Part shown: piece by piece, positions 1-9,700 of the stretch
Layout of the letters: the number at the start of each line of letters is the position of its first letter
How positions within the stretch are numbered: the stretch's first letter is position 1
Origin: Caecitellus pseudoparvulus
Taxonomy: Eukaryota; Protista; Bigyra: Bicosoecida
Direction: 5' to 3'
DNA: 28,081 bases
Assembly (NCBI GenBank): GCA_965644315.1
Contig: CBFFRQ010000138.1
Location: 1-28,081, forward strand
Translations under genes and position numbers: made by a program
The notes under the pieces: model-generated
What the model saw: the letters and a program-made list of their open reading frames with translations, nothing else
Databases searched by the model: none
Told to the model about the DNA's origin: nothing

Positions 1-2320
1 AGCGCCATTTGCGATGTCGCTCGGACTCTTCGACGACCAGGCCTTGGCATTGCCGTGGGATGGCTGCGAAGTGTGGGACCACTTGGGGCCGGAGTCGATA
101 ATGCGGGGGGAAGCACGGCGTGGGGCGCATCGTGCCTCTTCCTCGGGGTGCTGCATGAGCCTGCTGCTGGGACGCATGCGCAGCATATCGTTCCGGCCGC
201 TGTTGCTCTGTAGCCCACGCGGGGCTATTGAAGGATGCATTTTGTGTCACGGTGTGCGGAACGTTGCCGCTGCAGACCGAGCGGGGTGGTGACGCCCGTC
301 ACAGCCAAGCAAGGGTGGTCGTGCCGCTTCATTTTGGTACTGGGCACAATCGGCACATTGCAGCATGAACCATTTTTGACTTGGACAGATCTCGTAGCTC
401 CAATGTTCTGCTGTGTGAGTATTTCAAAGGGCCTTCGCGCTTGGGTGCCCGGGAATCGCCTCCGCTTCTTGATGGCGCGTGAAACGCCCATCAGATGCTG
501 TCAACGCGTGCTGCTCGCGCCACAATGCTTGACTAGTGCTGTCGATGCACTGTGTTGCACATGAATTCTCATTTTTACCACTACTAGGGTCCATGTATCA
601 TGCTCTTTTCCCTGTACCACTCGCAGGCGCGAATCAGGCAACAGCGCTTTCAGAACGTGCAGTGTCGGATTCTTCAGGACGCGCTGCGTCCCACGCAGCA
701 TCCCTCATTGCCGCCTGGCATTGCCATGGGTCCCCATGGTATGAACCAATGCGCTAGCGCCTGTCTGTCTTGCGCTGCGCACTTGCCAAAGCGGGCAGGA
801 GCCGGCGCAGCGTGCCGGTGGCGTTTCGCAGTGCTCTCCGCTGCCTTCCTGGCAACGTTGGGCTGCGCCGAAGCTCACGTTGCACTTCGTGGACTCAGTA
901 TGAAGATGAATGATGTCAACTTTCATCGCCGCTTGGCGAGCACGTCTGTTGAAGACACTCAGCTATCTTCCGGCGGCTTGCATACCTGCGCCGTGACGGA
1001 CGGCAAGGTTCGATGCTGGGGTGGAGGCTATAGTGGGCAGCTCGGGTACGGGAACTTGAACCCCATCGGAGACAACGAGCTACCAGAAACTGCAGGCAGT
1101 GTGAACGTAGGCGCTGGTGTTGTCGTGGTCCAAGTTTCGGCAGGAGGCAGCCACACTTGTGTTGTGCTGGATGACGGAGGTGTCATGTGCTGGGGCTCCT
1201 CCATTGCCGGCCAGCTGGGGTACGGCAATAAGGAGAACGTTGGCGCCTCTGAGGATCCAGCTGCGGCGGGAACCGTTGATTTGGGCTCTGGTGCAGCCGC
1301 TGCCCAAGTGTCTGCAGGCAAGAGCCACACGTGCGCAGTGTTGACATCTGGGCTACTTATGTGCTGGGGGTTTGGGTCAAACGGCCGGCTTGGGTATGGT
1401 AACACCAACAACATTGGTGACAATGAGCACCCATCTGCTGCAGGCGCTGTCAACCTTGGTGCAGGACTTGCTGCAGCACAGGTTTCAGCTGGAGACAGCC
1501 ACACCTGTGCTGTGTTGACGAACGGTGGGGTCATGTGCTGGGGGACAGCATTCTCCGGCAGGCTCGGATACAGCAACTTCAACCACATTGGTGACAACGA
1601 GCACCCTGCTGCTGCAGGTCAAGTGAACTTAGGCGCGGGGCGCGCGGCAGCACAAGTTGCTGCAGGGCAGAGCCACACGTGCGTGCTTCTCACGAGCGGA
1701 GAGGTCATGTGCTGGGGTTCGGGGTCCAGTGGCCAGCTTGGGTACGGCAACACCGAGTTCATTGGCAACGATGAGCACCCAGCAACTGCTGGGACTGTCG
1801 ATCTTGGGGGCGCAACAGCATCTCAGATCACTGTCGGGAATGATCACAGCTGTGCGCTCTTGACGTCCGGTGGGGTCATGTGCTGGGGGCTGGGGTCACA
1901 TGGTATGCTTGGGTACGGCAACACCGCCAGTGTTGGAGACAATGAGCATCCAAGCTCTGTTGGTACTGTGAACATGGGCATTGGGGTTGTGGCAACTCAC
2001 CTGTCTGCAGGAGAGCGCCATACGTGTGTGCTGCACTCCCCAGCAAGTGCCATGTGCTGGGGTGAAGGCCAACATGGCAAGCTTGGCTACGGCAACACGC
2101 AGAACATCGGTGACGATGAGCACCCTGCAGATGCAGGCTTCGTTCGATTTGTCCCCTCTCCATCCCCGTCGCCCACCTCCTCACCCAGTAGCACTCCCTC
2201 CGCAACAGTCTCCCCTACTGTGTCCCCCACAAGCTCGGCCACGCCCTCTGTATCGCCGACGGCAAGCTCCTCTTCCAGCCAAACAGCCACTCCCTCAGCG
2301 ACTGCTTCAACTACACCCTC
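1..2320. repeat. Left arm of a diverged inverted duplication; its partner is ~11612-13406
   Basis: Position 1 AGCGCCATTTGCGATGTCGC matches the reverse complement starting at 13406. Translations of ORFs 14-292 (+) and 13118-13327 (-) align. The partner appears to lack roughly 290-650. Confidence 0.85.
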
Positions 2321-2333
2321 TCCATGCACCTAA
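600..2333 (+). CDS. RCC1/BLIP-II-type 7-blade beta-propeller surface protein, 3'-truncated in its Ser/Thr/Pro stalk by the telomeric tract
   Basis: Seven repeats of HxCxxxxxGxxxCWGxxxxGxLGYxN. Hydrophobic signal-like stretch WRFAVLSAAFLATLGCAEA. S/T/P-rich stalk at the C-terminus. The TAA stop (2331-2333) is part of the first telomeric unit. The true start is probably a downstream ATG (726 or 741). Confidence 0.85.
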   Translation: MLFSLYHSQARIRQQRFQNVQCRILQDALRPTQHPSLPPGIAMGPHGMNQCASACLSCAAHLPKRAGAGAACRWRFAVLSAAFLATLGCAEAHVALRGLSMKMNDVNFHRRLASTSVEDTQLSSGGLHTCAVTDGKVRCWGGGYSGQLGYGNLNPIGDNELPETAGSVNVGAGVVVVQVSAGGSHTCVVLDDGGVMCWGSSIAGQLGYGNKENVGASEDPAAAGTVDLGSGAAAAQVSAGKSHTCAVLTSGLLMCWGFGSNGRLGYGNTNNIGDNEHPSAAGAVNLGAGLAAAQVSAGDSHTCAVLTNGGVMCWGTAFSGRLGYSNFNHIGDNEHPAAAGQVNLGAGRAAAQVAAGQSHTCVLLTSGEVMCWGSGSSGQLGYGNTEFIGNDEHPATAGTVDLGGATASQITVGNDHSCALLTSGGVMCWGLGSHGMLGYGNTASVGDNEHPSSVGTVNMGIGVVATHLSAGERHTCVLHSPASAMCWGEGQHGKLGYGNTQNIGDDEHPADAGFVRFVPSPSPSPTSSPSSTPSATVSPTVSPTSSATPSVSPTASSSSSQTATPSATASTTPSPCT

Positions 2334-3402
2334 CCCTAACCCTAACCCTAACCCTAACCCTAACCCTAACCCTAACCCTAACCCTAACCCTAACCCTAAC
2401 CCTAACCCTAACCCTAACCCTAACCCCTAACCCTAACCCTAACCCTAACCCTAACCCTAACCCTAACCCTAACCCTAACCCTAACCCTAACCCTAACCCT
2501 AACCCTAACCCTAACCCTAACCCTAACCCTAACCCTAACCCTAACCCTAACCCTAACCCTAACCCTAACCCTAACCCTAACCCTAACCCTAACCCTAACC
2601 CTAACCCTAACCCTAACCCTAACCCTAACCCTAACCCTAACCCTAACCCTAACCCTAACCCTAACCCTAACCCTAACCCTAACCCTAACCCTAACCCTAA
2701 CCCTAACCCTAACCCTAACCCTAACCCTAACCCTAACCCTAACCCTAACCCTAACCCTAACCCTAACCCTAACCCTAACCCTAACCCTAACCCTAACCCT
2801 AACCCTAACCCTAACCCTAACCCTAACCCTAACCCTAACCCTAACCCTAACCCTAACCCTAACCCTAACCCTAACCCTAACCCTAACCCTAACCCTAACC
2901 CTAACCCTAACCCTAACCCTAACCCTAACCCTAACCCTAACCCTAACCCTAACCCTAACCCTAACCCTAACCCTAACCCTAACCCTAACCCTAACCCTAA
3001 CCCTAACCCTAACCCTAACCCTAACCCTAACCCTAACCCTAACCCTAACCCTAACCCTAACCCTAACCCTAACCCTAACCCTAACCCTAACCCTAACCCT
3101 AACCCTAACCCTAACCCTAACCCTAACCCTAACCCTAACCCTAACCCTAACCCTAACCCTAACCCTAACCCTAACCCTAACCCTAACCCTAACCCTAACC
3201 CTAACCCTAACCCTAACCCTAACCCTAACCCTAACCCTAACCCTAACCCTAACCCTAACCCTAACCCTAACCCTAACCCTAACCCTAACCCTAACCCTAA
3301 CCCTAACCCTAACCCTAACCCTAACCCTAACCCTAACCCTAACCCTAACCCCTAACCCCTAACCATCCCTAACCCTAACCCTAACCCTAACCCTAACCTA
3401 AC
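2329..3402 (+). repeat. Telomeric repeat tract (CCCTAA)n = (TTAGGG)n on the minus strand, ~179 units, interstitial in this assembly
   Basis: Directly visible. Variant units: CCCCTAA near 2424 and twice at ~3349-3362, CCATCCCTAA at ~3363-3372, CCTAA at ~3397-3401. Confidence 0.99.
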
Positions 3403-3448
3403 AGGCCCGGATGTTCTGAGATGCCTCGCAGAGACGCTACAGCACCTG

Positions 3449-6358
3449 GTGAAGGGAGACGGTCTCCTGCCACGGGAGCTGCACCACGGCAAGGGAGTAC
3501 TGCTCGCAAAGAAGGGTCAGACCCCCGGGGTCGCGTCGACCTACCGGCTGATCGTGTGCCGGAGCCCGCTGAGCAAGTTGGTGAACAGTGTTCTTGCATT
3601 CAGGCTGGAACAAGCCGTTCAAGGCCTCATCACTCCGCAGCAAGCAGGGTTCTCCAGAGGCCGCGGGTGCCACGAGCACGTTTTTGCGATGCTCGAAGGA
3701 CCAAGAACAGCACTGAGAACAGCGACTGCGACGTGTTCCCGGGACATTGGACCCAAGAAGAGCCCTCCACTGGCCGTTTTCGCCGTGTTTATCGACTTTC
3801 GAAAGGCTTTCGACTCCGTTGATCACAGGGCGTTGCGCGTGCTGTTAGACCACCTGCCGCTGGACCGCACCACCAGGCGACTCCTCGTGGACTTCATCGA
3901 GAACGCCAGCGTATGCATCGACACGGAACACGGCATGACCGAGGCCATTCACGCGACCAGTGGCGTAGCGCAAGGAAGCGTCCTCTCGCCCCTCCTATTC
4001 AAGATCGCGGTCGACCTGGTGTCCCGTGCGCTCTCCTTGAACCACATTCCGGGGGAGGGAACGGGGGAAAAACCGACACTGGGGATCAAGCTACTGCATT
4101 CAAAGGGGGACCCAGTCCACACTGGACCCCGATTCAGCCATGCGCTGTACGCAGACGACCTGGGACTCGTCGTAGACAGCGCGGACGCCGTGATCCGTGC
4201 GATCACCATCGTCAGGCGGGTCGGGGCGCTGCTTGGGCTCAGAGTCAACGCCTCCAAGTCGGCCATCCTGATCATGCGACCAACACCACGACTTGCGTAT
4301 CGCATGAGCCGACTCCATGTGCAGATAGTCAGCGCCAAGAAACGCCTTGCTGCGGAGTCACAGGCGCTAAAAGTCGACGGAAAGCGGATCCCTCTCGTGG
4401 ACGAATACGAGTACTTAGGAACACCGCTGCAAGCCAAGCTGTTCATACAGCATAAAGTAGCTCGTCGACATGCCGCAACCACCTTGAGCATGGCTGGGCA
4501 CTCTTCTGTGGCGATCTCTGCGGCCGAATGGCTCGCCCCGTCGGCAGCGCACCGCCTTTTGAGGACCTCAGTGGTCGCAGCAGCCGACTACACGCTGGCC
4601 ATCACCGGCAAGCACTCACTCATGCCCGACCGCATGTGCGACAATGCCGTTGGCAGTGTTCTGGACAAATCCGTGTTCGGTTTTCAGCTCCATCCGATGC
4701 GCGTCCAACACGGCGCGGTCCTTGCAGCGGCTGGTATTCCTCTGACGCACATGCGCACGATGCGAAGTCGCATTGGTTTCATAGTCCGGACACTTAAGCA
4801 GGCTGTGGTGGATTCGCCTGCTTTCAGAATCCTGATGGTGAGCGTGTGGCAGGGCCGAACGATGGTCGCGGACGTCCCGGACGAGAGGGTCCCTTCGGCC
4901 CTACTTTTGGAAGACGTAGCGGCCTCAAAGCACACCTTTTACGGTACAGGCACTCCGTGGGCGGTCAGACCCCTACTTGAGTTGCGCCTGTTGGGGTACC
5001 ACGAGGGTGTGTTCGGCGTTCTGGCCATGGCCGCGAGGTGGCACGATTTGAGCGGAAATCGGGACACCACGGCCCTACACGAAGAGATGCGATCTCTTCA
5101 AAAGGCCTTAAAGCTGCCCAAGAACACGGCCCAAAACGGCCCGAAGTTGTTCGTCGCAACAAGTGTTCCTGTGGCCTCTGCGAGGTTCGATAGGTCGGTT
5201 GACTTCCCGGCCACTTTCACGTTGAGGCAGCGTTTGGACCTCCTGGAGTCGTACTTGTTCATTGCACGAACGCAAAGAACAGACACGTATCGGGAGACCA
5301 TGTTCCTACCTGCTGAGTACCCGGGCCACTCGCCTCGGGGAGAAATAGGCGACAAAAGAGTGAATCCGACGCTCTCGCCGAGGCCTCACCATTTGGACGT
5401 CCGAGCGCGAACACACGCGGAACTGCATCCGATTCCGAGTGTTCCCTGTAGTGCTTGGACTGCCCGTCATCCTGACAGAAGTTGGTTGCCGAAGGTGTTC
5501 ATGCTGCAGACACAGCAGCTCCTGCATCCGGGTGCACTCCTGACACCGTATATCGCATGTCCCCTCTGTCTGGACCCCGAAATACGCGATGCGGAGTTCA
5601 TTTTAGACCACATTCTGCTGGACTGCCCTTCAGTGTCTCCAGAACGTCTGGCGTTCTTCCGAGAGGCAGCGCAGAACATGCAGGACTGTGACGAAGCGGC
5701 GAAGTCAACCGCTGTGCCGAGGCGGCCGATGGCCGAGGCCCTTCGGCACCCACCTCTGAGATACGTCACCATTCCAGAAAGCCTGCACACAGCGGTGCAG
5801 GCTGGCTGTCAACTGGACACTGGAACACGTATCTCATGCCAGAACACCCGGGCGTTGCTGAAGCGGCTCGCCCTGTGTGGTCAGTGGCCCACGGGAGCAC
5901 CCGAGTGTGCGGACTGGGATCACGCAACTTGTGCTGCCCTCACGGCGCCACACATGGAACGGTTGCGTGTTCCAGTCCGAAACTCGACCCATCTACTGGA
6001 CCAAGCCCCAGTGAAAGCCGCTGAAGCATTGGAGGCATTTGCTGGGCCCTTGCGGCAAAAGTTACTCCCGAATTCTGGGGGTGCCGCAGACGGCAAAAGT
6101 TTCTACTGGCCCCACGAGGTGGTCGCCGCACCTCCCGGATGGGTGCAAGTCCTGAAAACGTGCATCCGGTACTGTGGGGCCGTGTTTGATCACGTGGTAG
6201 AAGCTCAACTTCGGGGCGCAGGTGTGGAACGCGGGCAGCCCGCCGCGGACCTCGCGCGGCGAGCCCGCTACACGGCCGCCACGCCTGCTGCCTGGACCAT
6301 GCCAAGCCACCTCGCTCCCGGGCGAGATGGCGCAGCAGAGGAGCAAGAAAGTGAGTGA
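3449..6358 (+). CDS. Non-LTR-type reverse transcriptase RT-A (N-terminally truncated) with C-terminal CCHC zinc knuckle
   Basis: Motifs YRLI, QAGF, FIDFRKAFDSVDH, GVAQGSVLSPLLF, LYADDL, LRVNASKS, YEYLG, then CPLC..HILLDCP. The frame is open upstream to 3401 (TGPDVLRCLAETLQHL), so the GTG at 3449 is not a real start. Confidence 0.95.
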   Translation: MKGDGLLPRELHHGKGVLLAKKGQTPGVASTYRLIVCRSPLSKLVNSVLAFRLEQAVQGLITPQQAGFSRGRGCHEHVFAMLEGPRTALRTATATCSRDIGPKKSPPLAVFAVFIDFRKAFDSVDHRALRVLLDHLPLDRTTRRLLVDFIENASVCIDTEHGMTEAIHATSGVAQGSVLSPLLFKIAVDLVSRALSLNHIPGEGTGEKPTLGIKLLHSKGDPVHTGPRFSHALYADDLGLVVDSADAVIRAITIVRRVGALLGLRVNASKSAILIMRPTPRLAYRMSRLHVQIVSAKKRLAAESQALKVDGKRIPLVDEYEYLGTPLQAKLFIQHKVARRHAATTLSMAGHSSVAISAAEWLAPSAAHRLLRTSVVAAADYTLAITGKHSLMPDRMCDNAVGSVLDKSVFGFQLHPMRVQHGAVLAAAGIPLTHMRTMRSRIGFIVRTLKQAVVDSPAFRILMVSVWQGRTMVADVPDERVPSALLLEDVAASKHTFYGTGTPWAVRPLLELRLLGYHEGVFGVLAMAARWHDLSGNRDTTALHEEMRSLQKALKLPKNTAQNGPKLFVATSVPVASARFDRSVDFPATFTLRQRLDLLESYLFIARTQRTDTYRETMFLPAEYPGHSPRGEIGDKRVNPTLSPRPHHLDVRARTHAELHPIPSVPCSAWTARHPDRSWLPKVFMLQTQQLLHPGALLTPYIACPLCLDPEIRDAEFILDHILLDCPSVSPERLAFFREAAQNMQDCDEAAKSTAVPRRPMAEALRHPPLRYVTIPESLHTAVQAGCQLDTGTRISCQNTRALLKRLALCGQWPTGAPECADWDHATCAALTAPHMERLRVPVRNSTHLLDQAPVKAAEALEAFAGPLRQKLLPNSGGAADGKSFYWPHEVVAAPPGWVQVLKTCIRYCGAVFDHVVEAQLRGAGVERGQPAADLARRARYTAATPAAWTMPSHLAPGRDGAAEEQESE

Positions 6359-6732
6359 TAAAAGCTTGCTTTGGGTTGATAGTGCATTCTAAGATGTTAT
6401 TCCGAAATTCCCAGTGTCGTAACGCGCGGCGGGGCCGTTTTGGGTCGCGGGGTGGCGCGGTGTGCGCGGGGTCGCCGCGGCGCCCCCAACACACCAAGGC
6501 CGAAACCCGCACCCAACTCGCCCAACAGGCGCCGAACGCCTGAACAACGACGACTAACATTGAACTACCATGTTCTGAAAAGAACAAGCTTACTTCACAT
6601 GGTGACTCACCATGCTTTGTGCAAGATATGTGTACGGAGCAAGCGAGCGCTGTGGCCCGCTTCTTTCGAGGAGCAAGTGTGAGGTGAGTGTGGTGAAAAA
6701 AAACAAGAGGCGACAATGCATTGAACTTCCTA
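6359..6732 (+). ncRNA. Putative structured 3' UTR RNA of element A
   Basis: Nested stems 6440-6451/6506-6516 and 6459-6464/6490-6495. Hairpins at 6526-6542, 6571-6586 (GAAA loop), 6598-6614 and 6659-6674 (UUCG loop). The second copy carries structure-preserving substitutions. Confidence 0.6.
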
Positions 6733-9700
6733 CGTTGTGCGGATGAACGAAAGCACATGCTCATGGAGGACCTTGCTGCCACCCATGTTGAAAGGAAGAA
6801 GGCGATGCGCAAGTGTACTCGGCTGGTTGCCAAGAAGCACAAGGCTGCCATGTTCCAAGTCCAGCAGCGCATCCGGGACCTTGCCCGGCTTGACCCCTTC
6901 ACTGCTCACCTGCATGTGCGGAAGCTGTCCGGCAGAAGGAGGAAGGGCACTTCGTCGTCCATCCAGTCAGTCATGGACGACAGCGGCACCCTCATCACAG
7001 ACCCATCACAAGTGCGGGCTGTGGTCAGGGACCAGATGGCCCAGATCATCAGCCCCCCTCCACGGCAAGTCGTGTCCCTGAAGTTCGGACTGGGCCGGCT
7101 GCTCCCATCGGCCCCGACCCACATGTCGACTGAAGCCGCCTGGACCCCGAGCGTGGACCATATCCTGAAGAAGATCCAGTCCCTGAGCCTCCACCGCAAC
7201 CCTGGCACAGGGCACTACCAGGCTGAGCATGTCAAGTATGCCAGCGAGGACTTCCGGAAGAGGTACGCTGCCGCTCTTCAACAGGCCATCAGCACCGGTT
7301 CATGTCCAAGTCAGTACCACAGTGGGGTGGGGACACTCATCCCCAAGACCGCCAGCCAGGCCGGGAGGGTGCAGACATACAGGCTCATTGTCTGCCGTCC
7401 CCCCCAAGCCAAGCTCTTCTTCTCGGTCGTGGCCTCATGTGTCGAAGACTGGGTGCAGCACTGGATCTCACATGAGCAGGCAGGCTTCACCCATGCCCGC
7501 AACACCCACGAGCAGATCCTGGCCTTGCAGGAGGTGTCCACTGCCCACCTGCGCGCCAAGCCCACTGCCAGTGTCCTTGTCCTTTTCGTGGACTTCAAGA
7601 GTGCCTTTGACACTGTTAGCCACGAAGCGATACTCGAGATCCTCGAGTCAGCAAGCCTCCCACAGCCCCTGCTCAGCTGCGTGAAGGACTACATGCAGCG
7701 CGCCACAGTGGCCATTCACACTGGCCATGGTCTTTGCGACCCCCTCCCAGTCACCAACGGGGTCCCCCAGGGTGGCGCACTGTCGCCTCTGTTGTTCAAG
7801 GTGGCTATTGATGTGCTCTCTCAACGCCTGAGAGAGCTGCCAAGTCAGGGAGTGTCAGGGGCAGGAGTGCCGACACCCCGCGGCCACGTCACGCATACGC
7901 TCTATGCGGACGATCTTGCTTGCCTCGCCACCACCCCTGCTGCCCTCCATCGGATGTTCCTTGAAGTCAAGGCCCTGGGCAGCCGGGTGGGCTTGGCCAT
8001 CAACCCGCGCAAGTCCGGGGTCATGGTCCTCACCGGGGCGCAACAGGTCAATGGGGTGTCAGCCACGGAGCGGCGGAAGCTCATCTGGCGGTCCCGCTGG
8101 CTGAGGTCAGGGCAGTCCATGAAGGTCAAGGGGACACCCATCCAACGCACGAGCACCTACTCGTACTTGGGTGTCCCCCTGTCTGAAACTGTCAGCCGAA
8201 CCCGACTGCTTGCCACGAGGCAGGCCACTCTGTCCTGCACTCGGGCTGGGTTCGGCTGCGGTGCCCTCCTCAGTAGTGCGTGGCTGAGTCCGATCCTGAA
8301 GCAGCGGATCGGCACTGCATCCATCAACAGTGCCGCCGACTACATCTTGGCGTCCCAGGTCAGCAACTCGGTGCTACCTTTGCGGGACGTCGATCGTGGA
8401 CTTGCCATCGCCTTCAGCAAGGCCCAGCTGGGGATGCAAAGCTCGCTAGCACGTATGCACAACTATGCAAAGCTTGCTGTGTGCGGCGTCTTGCCAACAC
8501 ACATCCGGGCGACGAAACTCCGCAGCAACATCTTCATGAAGCTGCTGAAGAATGTCCAAGTGCCCACCCCCATGGCCAAGGCGCTGTCCATCAGCCTGCG
8601 CCAAGCCCTGGACCTGCTGCCCTCCCCCCTGGACATGGCCAGCATCTTCCTGGCCAATGTCCGCCTCGACAGGCCAGGCGCTGGAGGCATCCCAGATCCA
8701 TGGGCCTTACACGGTCTACTCGACCTCTGGCTCCTTGGATGCCTCCCTGACCGCGCACGCCTGGAGGCTGTGTGCCTGGAGCCGCCGCCTGACTCTGCCC
8801 CAGACACACACGGGGTCGACATCACCGCTGGGATGGACCCCGCCCCCCCCAAGATCCAGCTGCTTGGACTCGCGGCAGCGGAGTCCTCAGATCTGTCGGC
8901 TGCCCCCCAGTTCCCGGACACCACCCCCTGGGCCACTCGGCAACGCGTCGTCGCCTCCTTCCTTCATGTGGCCCAGACGGTCAAGTGCGGTGCAGTTGGC
9001 TACACTCCCACGGGGGAGATGAAGGCCACCAGGCGTCCGAAGGAGTACCACATCGGTGTGGGTGCTCGCTTCTTCGCCTGGCTGCACCCGATCCCTTCCT
9101 CTGTGAACCCAGTCTTCTGGGTCCACGAAGGCGATCAGGAGAGACGTGTGAAGGTGCACCTGTGGCAGACGCTTCAAGTGTTCAACGGGGATGACACCCC
9201 GACACTGTTCAGCGCCTGCCCCCTGTGCCACAGCGTCTCCTGGTGCAGCCTGCAGGAGCACGTCCTTCTTGACTGCCCCCACCACGCCCTGGTCCCTGCG
9301 AGAAGGTCCGCCCTGTCAGAGGTGCGGAACCTCCTGTCCAGATCCAATGATGCAGTGAGGGGGGTCGCCAACTGCCAGTACCTCGAAGTACCCCCCCCAC
9401 TGCTGGATGCTGTTGTCCACGCCGACGAAGGCCGCTTGTTGGGCCGCCCGTGTCGCCTGCTGCTGCTGCGACTGCTGCTGTGCGGCCAGTGGCCCCATCG
9501 GTGGGGCCAGCCTCCGGCACAACAGCCCTGGAGTCCCGAGGCAGCCGCGGTCCTGAGTAACCCTCATGTCACTCTCCGCGGCTCCTCGGGTCCACTCCGC
9601 CCACCCAAGTACTGGCGCGAGGCCCTGGTAGCTGCCACGGGCCTCGCGGTATCTGCGTGGGACGCGGTGGTGACGTGCATGCTCAGCCTTACCTCTCGTG

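Larger units (their letters stand above)
3403..6732 (+). mobile_element. Non-LTR retroelement A, 5'-truncated and capped by telomeric repeats
   Basis: The RT frame is open right up to the telomeric tract. A ~370 nt 3' UTR follows the stop. The 3' boundary is defined by the second copy, which matches through ...TTGAACTTCCTA (6732 vs 22232) and then diverges. Confidence 0.85.

Noticed and set aside
1981-3355. ORFs encoding poly-(PN) or poly-(LT)
   Set aside because: These are translations of (CCCTAA)n; there is no evidence they are coding.
6440-6516. Hammerhead ribozyme (CGAAAC at 6501-6506)
   Set aside because: There is no CUGAnGA core or NUH site in the required topology, and I found none in either UTR.
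6681-6689. Canonical-looking splice donor AG|GTGAGT (also AA|GTGAGT at 6351) that could fuse RT-A to RT-B
   Set aside because: No convincing acceptor was identified and the site lies in A's 3' UTR. It cannot be supported without transcripts.
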